Notes: generated by a model not told the origin, from the sequence alone. A stretch of DNA of 64,000 nucleotides from an uncultured Alphaproteobacteria bacterium (GCA_951812805.1 CATOSZ010000009.1:120089-184088), one strand, 5' to 3'. Numbered from the stretch's first letter, positions 39,061 through 49,893 are shown. Numbers and translations: made by a program.

Positions 39061-39798
39061 ATGGAGAACGACATGGGCGAAATCGTCCTGCTGACCGGCG
39101 CCTCGGCGGGGATCGGGGCGGAGACGGCGCGCCAACTGGTCGCCGGCGGTCGCCGCGTGATCGGCGCGGCGCGGCGGGCGGACCGGCTGGATGCTCTGCG
39201 TGCCGAGCTGGGCGAGGCCTTCCTGCCCGTCACCCTGGACGTGAACGACGGCCCGGCCACCGCCCGGCTGGTCGACGATCTGCCGGCCGAATGGCGCGAC
39301 ATCGACGTGCTGATCAACAACGCCGGCGCCGACGTCGGCGGCCGCGCGCGCTTCGACGAGGGCGACGTCGAAGACTGGGTGGCGACGATCGAAGTCAACG
39401 TGAACGGCGTCATCCGGGTGACCCGGGCCGTGGTCCCCGGCATGCTGGCCCGCGGGCGCGGCCAGATCGTTATCGTCTCCTCGCTTTCGGCCGTCGAGCC
39501 CTTCGCCGACGACGGCGCCTATATCGCCGCCAAGGCGGGCGCGCACGGCCTCGCCCGGGCGCTGCGCCACGACTACGCGGCAACGCCGTTGAAGGTGACG
39601 GAAATCCTTCCCGGCACGGCGCGCAGCGAGTTCGCCGCGACCCGCTGGCGCGGCGATACCGCCCAGGCGGACGCGTTCTACGACGCCTTCCCCTCGCTGC
39701 TGAACGTCGAAAGCATCGCCCGCGCGATCGTCTTCTCCCTCGACCAGCCGGAGAACGTGACGATCGCCGAAATCCGCATGGCGCCGACCCGGCGATGA
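39061..39798 (+). CDS. SDR oxidoreductase (YdfG-like)
   Basis: TGASAGIG, ARR.DRL, LINNAG, YIAAK. Confidence 0.88.
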   Translation: MENDMGEIVLLTGASAGIGAETARQLVAGGRRVIGAARRADRLDALRAELGEAFLPVTLDVNDGPATARLVDDLPAEWRDIDVLINNAGADVGGRARFDEGDVEDWVATIEVNVNGVIRVTRAVVPGMLARGRGQIVIVSSLSAVEPFADDGAYIAAKAGAHGLARALRHDYAATPLKVTEILPGTARSEFAATRWRGDTAQADAFYDAFPSLLNVESIARAIVFSLDQPENVTIAEIRMAPTRR

Positions 39799-40259
39799 CG
39801 GGCATGAAGTACTTCGAGGATGCAACCGTCGGTGAGATCTTCGAATCGCCGCGCGCCATTGAAATGGCCCCCGAGGCGATCAAGGCCTTCGCCGGGGAGT
39901 GGGATCCGCAGCGCTATCACATCGACGACGACGCGGCGGCGGCCTCGTTCGCCGGTGGCCTGACGGCCTCCGCCCTGCACACGCTGGCCGTCGGCCAGAA
40001 GCTCGCGCACGAATCCGGCTTCTTCGAGATCGAGCCGATCGTCGGGCTGGCGCTCGGCGACCTGGAGATCCTGAAGCCCGTGATGGCGGGCGACCGGCTG
40101 CGCACCCGGGTGACCATCACCGCCATGCGCGCCTCGCGCAGCCGTCCCGCCCAAGGCATCGTCGAGAACCTGACCGAAGTGATCAACCAGAACGACGAGG
40201 TCGTGCTGCAGTATCGGTTGAGCGAGCTGGTCCGCCGGCGGCCCGACGATACGAGCTGA
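39795..40259 (+). CDS. MaoC-like hot-dog dehydratase
   Basis: YFED..VG, WDPQRYHID, GL.AS..HT, PV..GD.L, NQ..E.V. Confidence 0.85.
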   Translation: MTGMKYFEDATVGEIFESPRAIEMAPEAIKAFAGEWDPQRYHIDDDAAAASFAGGLTASALHTLAVGQKLAHESGFFEIEPIVGLALGDLEILKPVMAGDRLRTRVTITAMRASRSRPAQGIVENLTEVINQNDEVVLQYRLSELVRRRPDDTS

Positions 40260-40300
40260 TCCCACCCGCCCTTCCCTTCCCACCCTGCAAGGAATTCCCG

Positions 40301-43300
40301 ATGAACTTCGGCAAACTGCTCGTCGCCAATCGCGGCGAGATCGCGATCCGCATCTGCCGCGCCGCCGCCGAGCTGGCGCTGCCCACCATCGCCGTCCATC
40401 CGGCCGACGACACCGCCAGCCTGCACGCCCGCATGGCCGACGAGGTACGCGAGCTGCCGGGACGCGGCGTCGCCGCCTATCTCGACGGCGAGGCGATCAT
40501 CGCCGCCGCCCTGGCCGCGGGCGCCGACGCGATCCATCCGGGCTATGGCTTCCTGGCGGAGAACGCCGATTTCGCCGAGCAATGCCAGGCCGCCGGCATC
40601 ACCTTCGTCGGCCCGCGCGCGGAGACCTTGCGCCTGTTCGGCGACAAGCACGCCGCCCGTGCCCTGGCGGCGGCGGAAGGGGTGGCGGTGCTGCCCGGCA
40701 CCGCCGCGCCGAGCGACCTCGAAGCCATCCGCGCCTTCCTCGGCGAGCATGGCGCCATCATGATCAAGGCGGTCGCCGGCGGCGGCGGGCGCGGCATGCG
40801 CCCAGTCACCGACGCGGCGGCCCTCGACGAGGCTTATGCGCGCTGTCGCTCCGAGGCCGAGGGCGCGTTCGGCAACGGCGCGCTCTATGCCGAGAAGCTG
40901 CTCCGCAGGGCGCGCCATATCGAGGTGCAGATCCTGGGCGACGGCCGCGATGTCGGCCATGTCTGGGAACGCGACTGCACCCTGCAACGCCGCCGCCAGA
41001 AGATCGTCGAGATCGCGCCGGCCCCGAACCTGGCGGCCGCCACCCGCGAGGCCCTGCTGGCCGATGCACTGACGCTCGGCCGGACGGCCGGCTATTCGGG
41101 CCTCGGCACGATCGAATTCCTGCTCGACACGGAGAGCGGCGCACACGTCTTCATCGAGGCCAACCCCCGCCTTCAGGTCGAACACACGGTAACGGAAGAG
41201 GTAACGGGCCTGGACCTGGTCGCCCTGCAGCTTCGCGTCGCCGGCGGTGCCAGGCTCGGCGAGCTCGGCCTGGGCGAGCCGGCCCGCCGCGCCCGCGCGG
41301 CATGGCGATGCAGTTGCGTCTGAACACCGAGAGCATGACGGCCGAGGGCGAGGCGCGGCCGGGCGGCGGCACCCTCACCGCCTATGAAATGCCGGCGGGA
41401 CGCGGCGTCCGGGTCGATGGCTACGGCTATGTCGGCTACGCCACCAATCCGGCCTACGATTCCCTGCTCGCCAAGTTGATTGTCCATAGCGACGGCGGTC
41501 TGGCGGAGGTCCTAGCCAAGGGCCGGCGCGCGCTTTCCGAGCTGCACGTCGCGGGCGCGCCGACCAACGCCGATTTTCTGGCCGCCCTGCTGGAGAACGA
41601 CGCGGTGCGCGCCGGTACGGTCGACACCGGTTTCGTCGAGACGGCGGCGGCGGACATCGTCGCCGGTCTGGCGAGCGCCGGGCCGGAGGCGACGACGCCG
41701 GCGGCGCATGCCGGCGCCAAGGTCGATACGGTCGATCCCCTGGCCGTGCTGGCCTACGGCCAGGCGGAGCGGGGTGCAACCTCCGGCAGGCGGGAAATGG
41801 ACGAAGACCCGGGCGATGGCCTGCTGGCGGTCCGCGTGCCCTTGCAGGGAACGGTGGTCGACGTCTCCGTCGCCGTCGGCGACCAGGTCGCCCGGGGCGC
41901 CGAGGTCGCGGTGCTGGAAGCGATGAAGATGGAACATATCGTGACGGCGGAGGCGGCGGGCACCGTCACCCGGATCCAGGCGGGCCCGGGCGACACGCTC
42001 TGGGAAGGCCAGGTGCTGGCGGTGTTAAGCCCGTCCGACACGGACGACGCGGTCGGCACCGAGGAGGAGGAGGTCGACCTCGACGCCATCCGTCCCGACC
42101 TCGCCGAGGTGCTGGCCCGGCGGGCCTTGACGCGGGACGAGAACCGGCCGCACGCGGTCGAACGGCGGCGCAAGACCAATCATCGCACGGCACGGGAAAA
42201 CGTCGACCAGCTGGTCGATCCCGGCAGCTTCGTCGAATACGGCCCGCTGGTGCTGGCCGCCCAGCGTCAGCGCCGCGATTTCGACGATCTGCTGCAGCGC
42301 AGCCCGGCGGACGGCCTGGTCACCGGCATCGGCCGGGTCAACGGCGCGCTGTTCGAGGATCCAGCGGCGCGAGCAGCGATCATGGCCTACGACTACACGG
42401 TTTTCGCCGGTACCCAGGGCGTGCACAACCACTGGAAGACCGACCGGATCCTGGATGTGGCGGAGCGCGGGCGCATGCCGCTGGTGCTGTTCGGCGAGGG
42501 CGGCGGCGGCCGGCCGGGGGAGAGCGACTATGGCGGCTTCGTCGGCCAGAACACCTTCCATCACTTCGGCCGCCTCTCCGGCCTGGTGCCGATCGTCGGC
42601 ATCGTCGCGGGCCGTTGCTTCGCCGGCAACGCGGCGCTGATGGGCTGCTGCGACGTCATCATCGCCACGGCCGACACCAACCTCGGCATGGGCGGCCCGG
42701 CGATGGTCGAGGGCGGCGGCCTCGGCGTCTTCACGCCGGAGGAGATCGGCCCCATGGCCGACCAGGTGCCGAACGGCGTGGTCGACATCCCCGTCGCGGA
42801 CGAGGTCGAGGCGGTCGAGGTGGCGAAGCGCTACCTCGCCTATTTCCAGGGCCCGCTCGCCGCGTGGACCGCGCCCGACCAACGCGCGATGCGCCACCTG
42901 GTGCCGGAGAACCGGCTGCGGGTCTACCAGATCCGGCGGGTGATCGAGACTTTGGCGGACGAGGACAGCGTGCTGGAGTTGCGCGAAGGCTTCGGGCGCA
43001 CCATGGTCACCAGCCTCGCCCGCATCGAGGGCCGCGCCATCGGCATCATCGCCAACGACCCCTATTACCTCGGCGGCGCCATCGACAGCGACGGGGCGGA
43101 CAAGGCGGCGCGGTTCATGCAGCTCTGCGATGCCTTCGACATCCCGATCCTGCATTTCTGCGATACGCCCGGCATCATGGTCGGCCCGGAGGTGGAGAAG
43201 ACGGCGCTGGTCCGCCACGCGGCGCGCATGTTCGTCACCGGCAACAATCTCTCCGTGCCTTATTTCACGGTGATCCTGCGCAAGGCCTACGGCCTCGGCG

Positions 43301-43638
43301 CCATCGCCATGGCCGGCGGCAACTTCGACGCGCCCTATTTCACCGTCTCCTGGCCGACCGGCGAATTCGGCCCCATGGGCCTCGAAGGCCAGGTCAAACT
43401 CGGCTACCGCGCGGAACTGGAAGCGATAGAGGACCCGGAGAAGCGGCGCGAATACTACGAGGCGATGGTCGAGAAGTCCTACGTCGAGGGCAAGGCGCTC
43501 GCCCGGACCACCAGCTTCAACATCGACGACGCCATCGATCCGGCCGAAACCCGCACCTGGCTGACGTCACTGCTGGCCTCGATCCGCCCGCCGGTACCGC
43601 GCGAGGGCAAAAAGCGACCGATGATCGATGCGTGGTGA
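40301..43638 (+). pseudogene. Single-chain acyl-CoA carboxylase (BC-BCCP-CT), frameshifted near 41280
   Basis: ANRGEIA, GGGGRG and EANPRLQVEH in one frame; continuation with EAMKM and CT domains in the -1 frame. Could be a sequencing error. Confidence 0.8.
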
Positions 43639-43689
43639 GGGGCGGCGACGCCTTGAAGTTTCTCGCTGACGTCTAATATCTGCCCATTA

Positions 43690-44858
43690 TACCAGTCGAC
43701 ATTGATGTCAACTCGCGGTTGGATTCCCTTGCTGGCTGATTTCTGACTCAATTGTGGTGATTCGGAAGAGGGGGATCACCATGGGTCGGGGTATTGCCTT
43801 GCGCGAGGATTTCGATGCGGCGGCGTTGCGACGTCTGGCCAAGGGATCGAGGGATGCTAAACAGATCCGGCGCTTGCTTTCGCTTGCTGTGATCTACGAG
43901 GGCGGGAGTCGGACGGAGGCCGCGCGGACGGGGGACGTCGGCCTTCAGGTGATCCGTGACTGGGTGCTGCGTTTCAACGCGGAGGGCCCGGCCGGCCTGA
44001 TCGACCGCAAGGCGCCGGGCGCGGCGAAGAAACTGGACCCGGCGCAACGGGACGCCTTGGCGGCCCGGGTGGAAGCGGGACCGGATCCGGCGCGCGACGG
44101 CGTCATGCGCTGGCGGCTAGCGGATCTGGTCGACTGGATCGGCGAGAGCTTCGCGATCACGCTCGACCAGCGGACGGTGAGCCGGGAGCTGAAGGCGATG
44201 GGCTTCGCCAGGATGACGATGCGGCCGCGCCATCACGCCCAGGAGCCGGGGGTGATTGAGGACTTCAAAAAAAATTCCCCGAGCTGGTCGCGCGGGCTCG
44301 CAAAGCACTCCCCGACGGCACCGGGATAGAGATCTGGTGGCAGGATGAAACCCGCGTCGGACAGAAGAACAAGCATGCCCGGCGCTGGGCCCGGCGCGGC
44401 ACACGGCCACGCACCCCGCACGATCAGCGCACCAAGTCGGCCTATATCTTCGGCGCCATCTGCCCCGAGCGCGGCACCGGCGCCGCCATCGTCCAGCAAC
44501 GCTGCAACACCGCCGCCATGCAGCAGCATCTGGAGGAAATCTCCGTCCAGGTTCAACCCGGAGCCCATGCCTTGATGCTGCTCGACCGGGCCGGCTGGCA
44601 CACCACGAAACGGCTCGACGTCCCGGCCAACATAACCCTCCTGCCGCTGCCGCCGAGATCGCCCGAACTCAATCCTGCCGAGAACGTCTGGCAGTACATC
44701 CGAAACAACTGGCTCTCCGACATCGTCTTCGAAGACCAGGACGACATCACCGATCATTGCTGCAAGGCCTGGAACAACCTCATCGCACAGCCGGACAGAA
44801 TCAAATCCATCGGACGAAGATCATGGGCCATCGGGTTCTGATCATTGTCGATTGGTAT
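43690..44858 (+). mobile_element. IS630-family insertion sequence
   Basis: End repeats ATACCAGTCGACATTGAT versus reverse complement ATACCAATCGACAATGAT (16/18); TA dinucleotide on both sides. Confidence 0.9.
43781..44841 (+). CDS. IS630 transposase (two ORFs joined by -1 shift at A8, 44267-44274)
   Basis: HTH ORF ends ...DFKK; -1 frame continues FPELV...WWQDETRVGQK, LDRAGWH, SPELNPAENVW. Confidence 0.9.
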
Positions 44859-44942
44859 TAGCCGCACTTTCACTGGACAATTTGCGGATTTCTGCAAATA
44901 TTGCCGTGAAACGCGAAGTACTTGACATTTGGGACGAACGCG

Positions 44943-46220
44943 ATGCTCTTGCGATTCTCCGCCTGCAACCATCTCTCGATCCGAGACGAGGGCGAAATCT
45001 CCCTCGTCAGTTCGAGTCTGCGGGACGATCCATCGGGCCTGATAGCCTCCAGCGTCTCGCCAACGGGGTATGTATTGCCTGTGGCGATTATTTATGGCGC
45101 GAACGCATCGGGGAAGAGCAATTATCTCCATGCTTTAGATTTTGCCCGGTCTTGCATTGATACCTCTCACAGGCAGGGTGAGCCTGGGGGTGGGGTGCCT
45201 CGCCATCCGTTCGCGCTTGGCAAATCCCATGCTGCCAAGCCATCGACGTATGAAATCGATTTTTCGATTGAATCCGTCAGGTATGGCTATGGCTTCAGTA
45301 CTGATGCGGATGCATTCACGTCGGAATGGCTCTATATGTATCCAAAGAATCGTCGCGTCACTCTATTTGAAAGAGAGGGTCAATCCTTCAAGTTTGGCCG
45401 ATCCTTGAGTGGCAGGAATCGAGCCATTTCCGAGTTTACACGAAACAACAGTTTGTTTCTTTCGGCGGCATCGCAGAATGACCACAAAATACTAAAACGA
45501 ACTTCGAAACACTTGTTATCAATGCGCATCGATACACGGCATGCCGTGGAGGGGGCAGCTCTTTCCCGATCCATGTCCAACGATGACCCGGATCCCCGCG
45601 TCATCACCTTTCTTTCTCGCATCGGTACGGGCGTTAAAGGTTTTCGATACAATGAGAAAGACCTGACTGAAATGGAAGAAAATGTCGGCAGAAACCTCAT
45701 ACTCAGGATTGGGGACAATCAGGATAGGGTCCAATTCCGTAATTCTCTGAATTTCCTTGTGGATCGCACAATACAACTCGCACACCAAAGTGATGATGGA
45801 GAATCTGTATTCTTCGAACTTGAACGCGAAAGCGCCGGGACGAGGAGGTTATTGAATCTACTCAGCAAAGTGTTTCATGCACTCGATGAAGGAACGGTCC
45901 TTCTGGTCGACGAGCTCGATGCAAGCCTGCACACACAGGCCTGCGAGGCGGTGATCGCATTATTTTCATCGCCTGATACAAACCCTCATGGCGCTCAACT
46001 GATTGCAACCACGCATGATACGAACCTGCTTCGCTCGCCATTTCTACGCCGTGATCAGATTTGGTTCACCGAGAAGGACAATACGGGCGCAACTCATATC
46101 TACCCCTTGACTGATATACGAACGAGAAAGGACGACAATATCGAAAAGGGATATCTGCAAGGGAGATATGGGGCCGTGCCGTTCTCCGGGCCAATATCCG
46201 ATATCCTGTCGGACCTTTAG
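44943..46220 (+). CDS. RloA/AbiLi-like ABC-type (AAA_21) ATPase
   Basis: YGANASGKSN, ESAGT signature, LLVDELD, QLIATTHD, RRDQIWF.EK, YLQGRYGAVP; low GC. Confidence 0.88.
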   Translation: MLLRFSACNHLSIRDEGEISLVSSSLRDDPSGLIASSVSPTGYVLPVAIIYGANASGKSNYLHALDFARSCIDTSHRQGEPGGGVPRHPFALGKSHAAKPSTYEIDFSIESVRYGYGFSTDADAFTSEWLYMYPKNRRVTLFEREGQSFKFGRSLSGRNRAISEFTRNNSLFLSAASQNDHKILKRTSKHLLSMRIDTRHAVEGAALSRSMSNDDPDPRVITFLSRIGTGVKGFRYNEKDLTEMEENVGRNLILRIGDNQDRVQFRNSLNFLVDRTIQLAHQSDDGESVFFELERESAGTRRLLNLLSKVFHALDEGTVLLVDELDASLHTQACEAVIALFSSPDTNPHGAQLIATTHDTNLLRSPFLRRDQIWFTEKDNTGATHIYPLTDIRTRKDDNIEKGYLQGRYGAVPFSGPISDILSDL

Positions 46221-46223
46221 GCC

Positions 46224-46871
46224 ATGGCGAGGAACAAAGGGCGCGACCTGCGACGTGCACGCCCTAGCCGGGAACCAAAACGCAAATACACCCTGTTTTG
46301 TGAAGGCATGAACACCGAGCCGGCATATTTCCGCGCGCTTGGGCGCAGCCTTGCCAATTCACTGATCGTCATCGAAACGGTTCCGGGGGTTGGCGTGCCG
46401 ATGACGATTGCAAAGCAGGCCGTCGAATATGCGACTGAAAACGGCCTGCGTCCGAGGAGCCGGAAAAAGAAGGACTCTTTCGAGGAAGGGGACGAGGTAT
46501 GGGCCGTTTTCGACCGTGATGATCATCCCCTCTACCGCGAAGCGATACAGAACTGTGAAAGCTCGAATGTAGGCGTCGCCTACTCAAATCCGTGTTTTGA
46601 GCTCTGGCTGATCTTGCATGAGGTCGACTTCGATGCCCCCGACGGCCGCCGGGATCTTCAAAAGAGGTTCGGCTTGCTGCGCCCCGAATACGATCCCGAT
46701 GCCGGGAAGACCCCAGACTGCGACGATCTGGTCACGAGAGTTGCCATCGCCGAAGAGCGGGCAGAGCGACAATTGGCGCGCCGCGTCGAAGAGGGAAATG
46801 CGAGTGGCCCGCCTTCAACGACGGTTGGGACCCTGACGCGGCGTATTCGGACGTTTTCCGAGGACGCCTGA
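46224..46871 (+). CDS. RloB family (TOPRIM-like) protein
   Basis: CEG..TE..YF, VWAVFDRD, SNPCFELWLILH, PST.V..L. Confidence 0.88.
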   Translation: MARNKGRDLRRARPSREPKRKYTLFCEGMNTEPAYFRALGRSLANSLIVIETVPGVGVPMTIAKQAVEYATENGLRPRSRKKKDSFEEGDEVWAVFDRDDHPLYREAIQNCESSNVGVAYSNPCFELWLILHEVDFDAPDGRRDLQKRFGLLRPEYDPDAGKTPDCDDLVTRVAIAEERAERQLARRVEEGNASGPPSTTVGTLTRRIRTFSEDA

Positions 46872-46883
46872 AACCTGGCCAGC

Positions 46884-47330
46884 TTACGACTCGGCCTTTG
46901 GAAGCACGACCGGCGTCCAGTTCCGCTTCCGCCGCGCCAGCCGATCGTCGACGCTCTCGCCGTCGAAGTCGGCTGGCGACATGTCGAGGTCGGCCGCGTC
47001 GACGTCCTCGAAGGTTTTCACGTTGACCACCGCGTAGAGGTCGCCGTCGTGCGCGCTGGTGACGATCGGGGCGACGCCGCAGGTGCGGCAGACGTGAAAA
47101 TCCGCCGTGGCCGTGCCGAAGCGGTAGCGGTTGAGCTGTGCCTCGTCCGTGACGTCGAGGCGGACGGCGCCGTCGGGGTGGGAGGTCCAGACGGCGCCGT
47201 GTTTCTGGCAGAAGGCGCAGCCGCAGGCGCGCACCGGGATCGTCGGGCCGCCCGGCCAGGTGAAGACGAAGCCGATGTTGCCGCAATGGCAGCCGCCGTG
47301 GATCTCGCGCGGTTCGGCCAAGGCGTTCAC
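46884..47330 (-). CDS. GFA/CENP-V family Zn-binding protein
   Basis: GGCHCG, CGC.FC.K.G, C..CG motifs; GTGA overlap with the upstream gene. Confidence 0.85.
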   Translation of the reverse strand: MNALAEPREIHGGCHCGNIGFVFTWPGGPTIPVRACGCAFCQKHGAVWTSHPDGAVRLDVTDEAQLNRYRFGTATADFHVCRTCGVAPIVTSAHDGDLYAVVNVKTFEDVDAADLDMSPADFDGESVDDRLARRKRNWTPVVLPKAES

Positions 47331-48139
47331 CCGCGCCGGAAGGGCACGCCGCCGGTCGCGGGGCCGCGCAGGTCGCGGGCCTCCGCCCAGGTTTCGGGGT
47401 CGCAGATCAGGTCCGAAAGCGCGTCGCCTGCCGCCTCCAGCAGCTTTTCGCCCTTTTCCGCCGTGGCCTTGGCGGGATCGCCGATGGTGCCGTTGTGGGT
47501 GATCTGCGCGAGGTTGTGCCAGCGGAAGGCGCTCTCCCCCTTGGAAAGGAACCAGCCCTCCTCGCCGCCGCGGGCACCGGCGAGGTCGGAATCGTCGACC
47601 AGGTGCGGGACCAGGGCCAGCATCATCGAGGTCTCGGCCTCGCAAGCGTGCTGCACGTTGTCCTGGTCCTCCAGCAGGGGGGCGAAGCGTTTCGCCGCCT
47701 CGTGCCAATAGGTCGCGGCGACGACCATGGCGCCGAACTCCAGGTGCAGCTCCTGGGCGATGGTCTGGCAGGCGATGTGGTTGCCGCCATGGCCGTTGAC
47801 GATGAGGATCTTGGAAAAGCCGTGCCGGGCGACGGAGCGGGCGATGCCGCGCAGCACCTGATGGAAGGCGTCGAACTCCAGCGTGACGGTGCCGCCGAAG
47901 ACCATGTGATGTTCGGAAAGCCCGTGCCAGACCACCGGCAGGGTGAGGGCGGGCCGCGTGGCACTGGCCTTGCGCGCCGCCCGCACCGACACCTCGCCTG
48001 CCAGCCGGGTGTCGACCTGCACCGGCAGGTGCGGCCCGTGCTGCTCGATCGCGCCAACCGGCAACAACACCACCGCGTCCTCGTCCGCCAGACGGCGCAG
48101 CTCGTGCGCCTTCAGATTGGCCCATTCGACTTCGGTCAT
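47327..48139 (-). CDS. Creatininase/MftE family amidohydrolase
   Basis: PVGAIEQHGPHLP..VD, SEHH..F.GT, NGHGGN, HACEAETS. Confidence 0.9.
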   Translation of the reverse strand: MTEVEWANLKAHELRRLADEDAVVLLPVGAIEQHGPHLPVQVDTRLAGEVSVRAARKASATRPALTLPVVWHGLSEHHMVFGGTVTLEFDAFHQVLRGIARSVARHGFSKILIVNGHGGNHIACQTIAQELHLEFGAMVVAATYWHEAAKRFAPLLEDQDNVQHACEAETSMMLALVPHLVDDSDLAGARGGEEGWFLSKGESAFRWHNLAQITHNGTIGDPAKATAEKGEKLLEAAGDALSDLICDPETWAEARDLRGPATGGVPFRRG

Positions 48140-48198
48140 GGCGCTTCTTCGCCCTCCCTCGAAACTCCGGGACGGCCAGCCTGCGCCATCCGCGGGCC

Positions 48199-48612
48199 TC
48201 AGAGCAAATCCCTGAGCATCGCTACCAGCGGCACGTCGGCCGGCGGCATCGGCAGCCCGGCCATCTTCAGGGGCCGGACCCAGCGGATCGCCTGATCCTC
48301 GCGCGGCCGCGCGCGGCCCTCCCAGCGCCGGCAGACATAGAGCGGCATCAACAGGTGAAAATCCTCGTAGGCGTGGCTGGCGAAGGTCAGCGGCGCCAGG
48401 CAGGCGACGGTGACGTCGAGGTCCAGCTCCTCCTTCAGCTCGCGGATCAGGCAGGCCTCCGGCGTCTCGCCCGCCTCGACCTTGCCGCCCGGGAATTCCC
48501 ACAGGCCGGCCATCGCCTTGCCCTCGGGACGGCGCTGCATCAACACCCGGCCGTCGATGTCGACCAGTGCCGCGGCGGCGACCAGCACCACCCGCGTTTC
48601 GCCCCCCGCCAT
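48199..48612 (-). CDS. mutT: 8-oxo-dGTP diphosphatase (Nudix)
   Basis: WEFPGGKVEAGETPEACLIRELKEEL Nudix box; follows argJ. Confidence 0.9.
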   Translation of the reverse strand: MAGGETRVVLVAAAALVDIDGRVLMQRRPEGKAMAGLWEFPGGKVEAGETPEACLIRELKEELDLDVTVACLAPLTFASHAYEDFHLLMPLYVCRRWEGRARPREDQAIRWVRPLKMAGLPMPPADVPLVAMLRDLL

Positions 48613-49850
48613 CAGGAACGATAGTCGGCGTTGATCGAGATGTAGCCGTGCGTGAGGTCGCAGGTCCAGATCGTCGCCTTTCCGCGGCCGACGCCGACGT
48701 CGACCTCGATTGTGATCTCGTCGCCCTTCATGTGCGGCACGATGTCGGCCTCGCGGTAATCGGGATGGACATAGCCCTCGTCGGCGACCAGCACGCCGCC
48801 GATGCGGATCGCCAGGCGGTCGCGGTCCGCCCGTTCCGCCGACTTGCCGACGGCCATGACGATGCGGCCCCAGTTCGCGTCCTCCCCGGCAATCGCGGTC
48901 TTGACGAGCGGCGAGTTGCCGATGGCGAGCGCGATGCGCTTGGCGGACTTGGCCGAGGCGGCGCCGGTGACGGCGACTTCGATCAGCTTCGTCGCGCCTT
49001 CGCCGTCGCGCACGATCTGGCGGGCGAGGTCGCCCATCACCATTTCCAGCTTGGCCTTGAAATCGGCGAGGCGGCGGTCGCCGGCCTTCTCGATGCCCTT
49101 GCCCGCCTTCGCCGCCCCGGTCGCGAACAGCAGGACCGTATCGCTGGTCGAGGTGTCGCTGTCGACGGTGATGGCGTTGAAGCTACGCTCGTTGATCGGC
49201 TTCAGGAGGCCGCGCAGCACGTCGGCCGGCAGTGCCGCGTCGGTGAAGATGAAGGACAGCATGGTCGCCATGTCCGGCGCGATCATGCCGCTGCCCTTGG
49301 CGATGCCGGCGATGGCGACCGGTTTGCCGTCGATCATCGCCGTAGCGCCCGCCGCCTTGGCGAAGGTATCGGTGGTGCGGATCGCGTCGGCCGCGGCACG
49401 CCAGGCATTCGGCTTCAAGGCCTTGGCGAGGCGCGGCAACGCCTTGACCACGGCGGCGGGCTCCAGCCGTTCACCGATGACACCGGTGGACGCGACCATG
49501 ACCTGGCCGCGCGGACAGCCAAGCGTCTCGGCGACCCCGGCCGCCGCCGCCGTTACGGCCTGGATGCCGGCACGGCCGGTGAAGACGTTGGCGTTGCCGG
49601 CATTCACCAGCAGCGCACGGGCCCGGCCCTTGGGCAGCTGCTTGCGGCACCAGTCGACCGGGGCGCCGGGCATGCTGCTTTGCGTCAGTACACCGGCGAC
49701 GCGGGTCCCGGCGGCGAGGCGGGCCAACAGCATGTCGGGCCGGCCCTTGTAGCGCAGGCCGGCGGCGACGGTCGCGAGTTCCACACCGGCGACGTCGGGC
49801 AGCTCGGGAAAGCCGGCGGGCGCCAGCGGTGAGACGGCGGTATCGGTCAT
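48612..49850 (-). CDS. argJ: Bifunctional ornithine acetyltransferase/N-acetylglutamate synthase
   Basis: NAGNAN, STGVIG, KGSGMIAPDMATML, DSDTSTSDT, DGEGATK, INADYRS. Confidence 0.96.
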   Translation of the reverse strand: MTDTAVSPLAPAGFPELPDVAGVELATVAAGLRYKGRPDMLLARLAAGTRVAGVLTQSSMPGAPVDWCRKQLPKGRARALLVNAGNANVFTGRAGIQAVTAAAAGVAETLGCPRGQVMVASTGVIGERLEPAAVVKALPRLAKALKPNAWRAAADAIRTTDTFAKAAGATAMIDGKPVAIAGIAKGSGMIAPDMATMLSFIFTDAALPADVLRGLLKPINERSFNAITVDSDTSTSDTVLLFATGAAKAGKGIEKAGDRRLADFKAKLEMVMGDLARQIVRDGEGATKLIEVAVTGAASAKSAKRIALAIGNSPLVKTAIAGEDANWGRIVMAVGKSAERADRDRLAIRIGGVLVADEGYVHPDYREADIVPHMKGDEITIEVDVGVGRGKATIWTCDLTHGYISINADYRS

Positions 49851-49893
49851 CGGGCGGCTCCTCGCGGCCGGAAAAAAGAACGGGTGGGACGGT

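Noticed and set aside
41270-41300. Programmed frameshift in the carboxylase
   Set aside because: No X-XXY-YYZ slippery site or homopolymer run; error or mutation is more likely.
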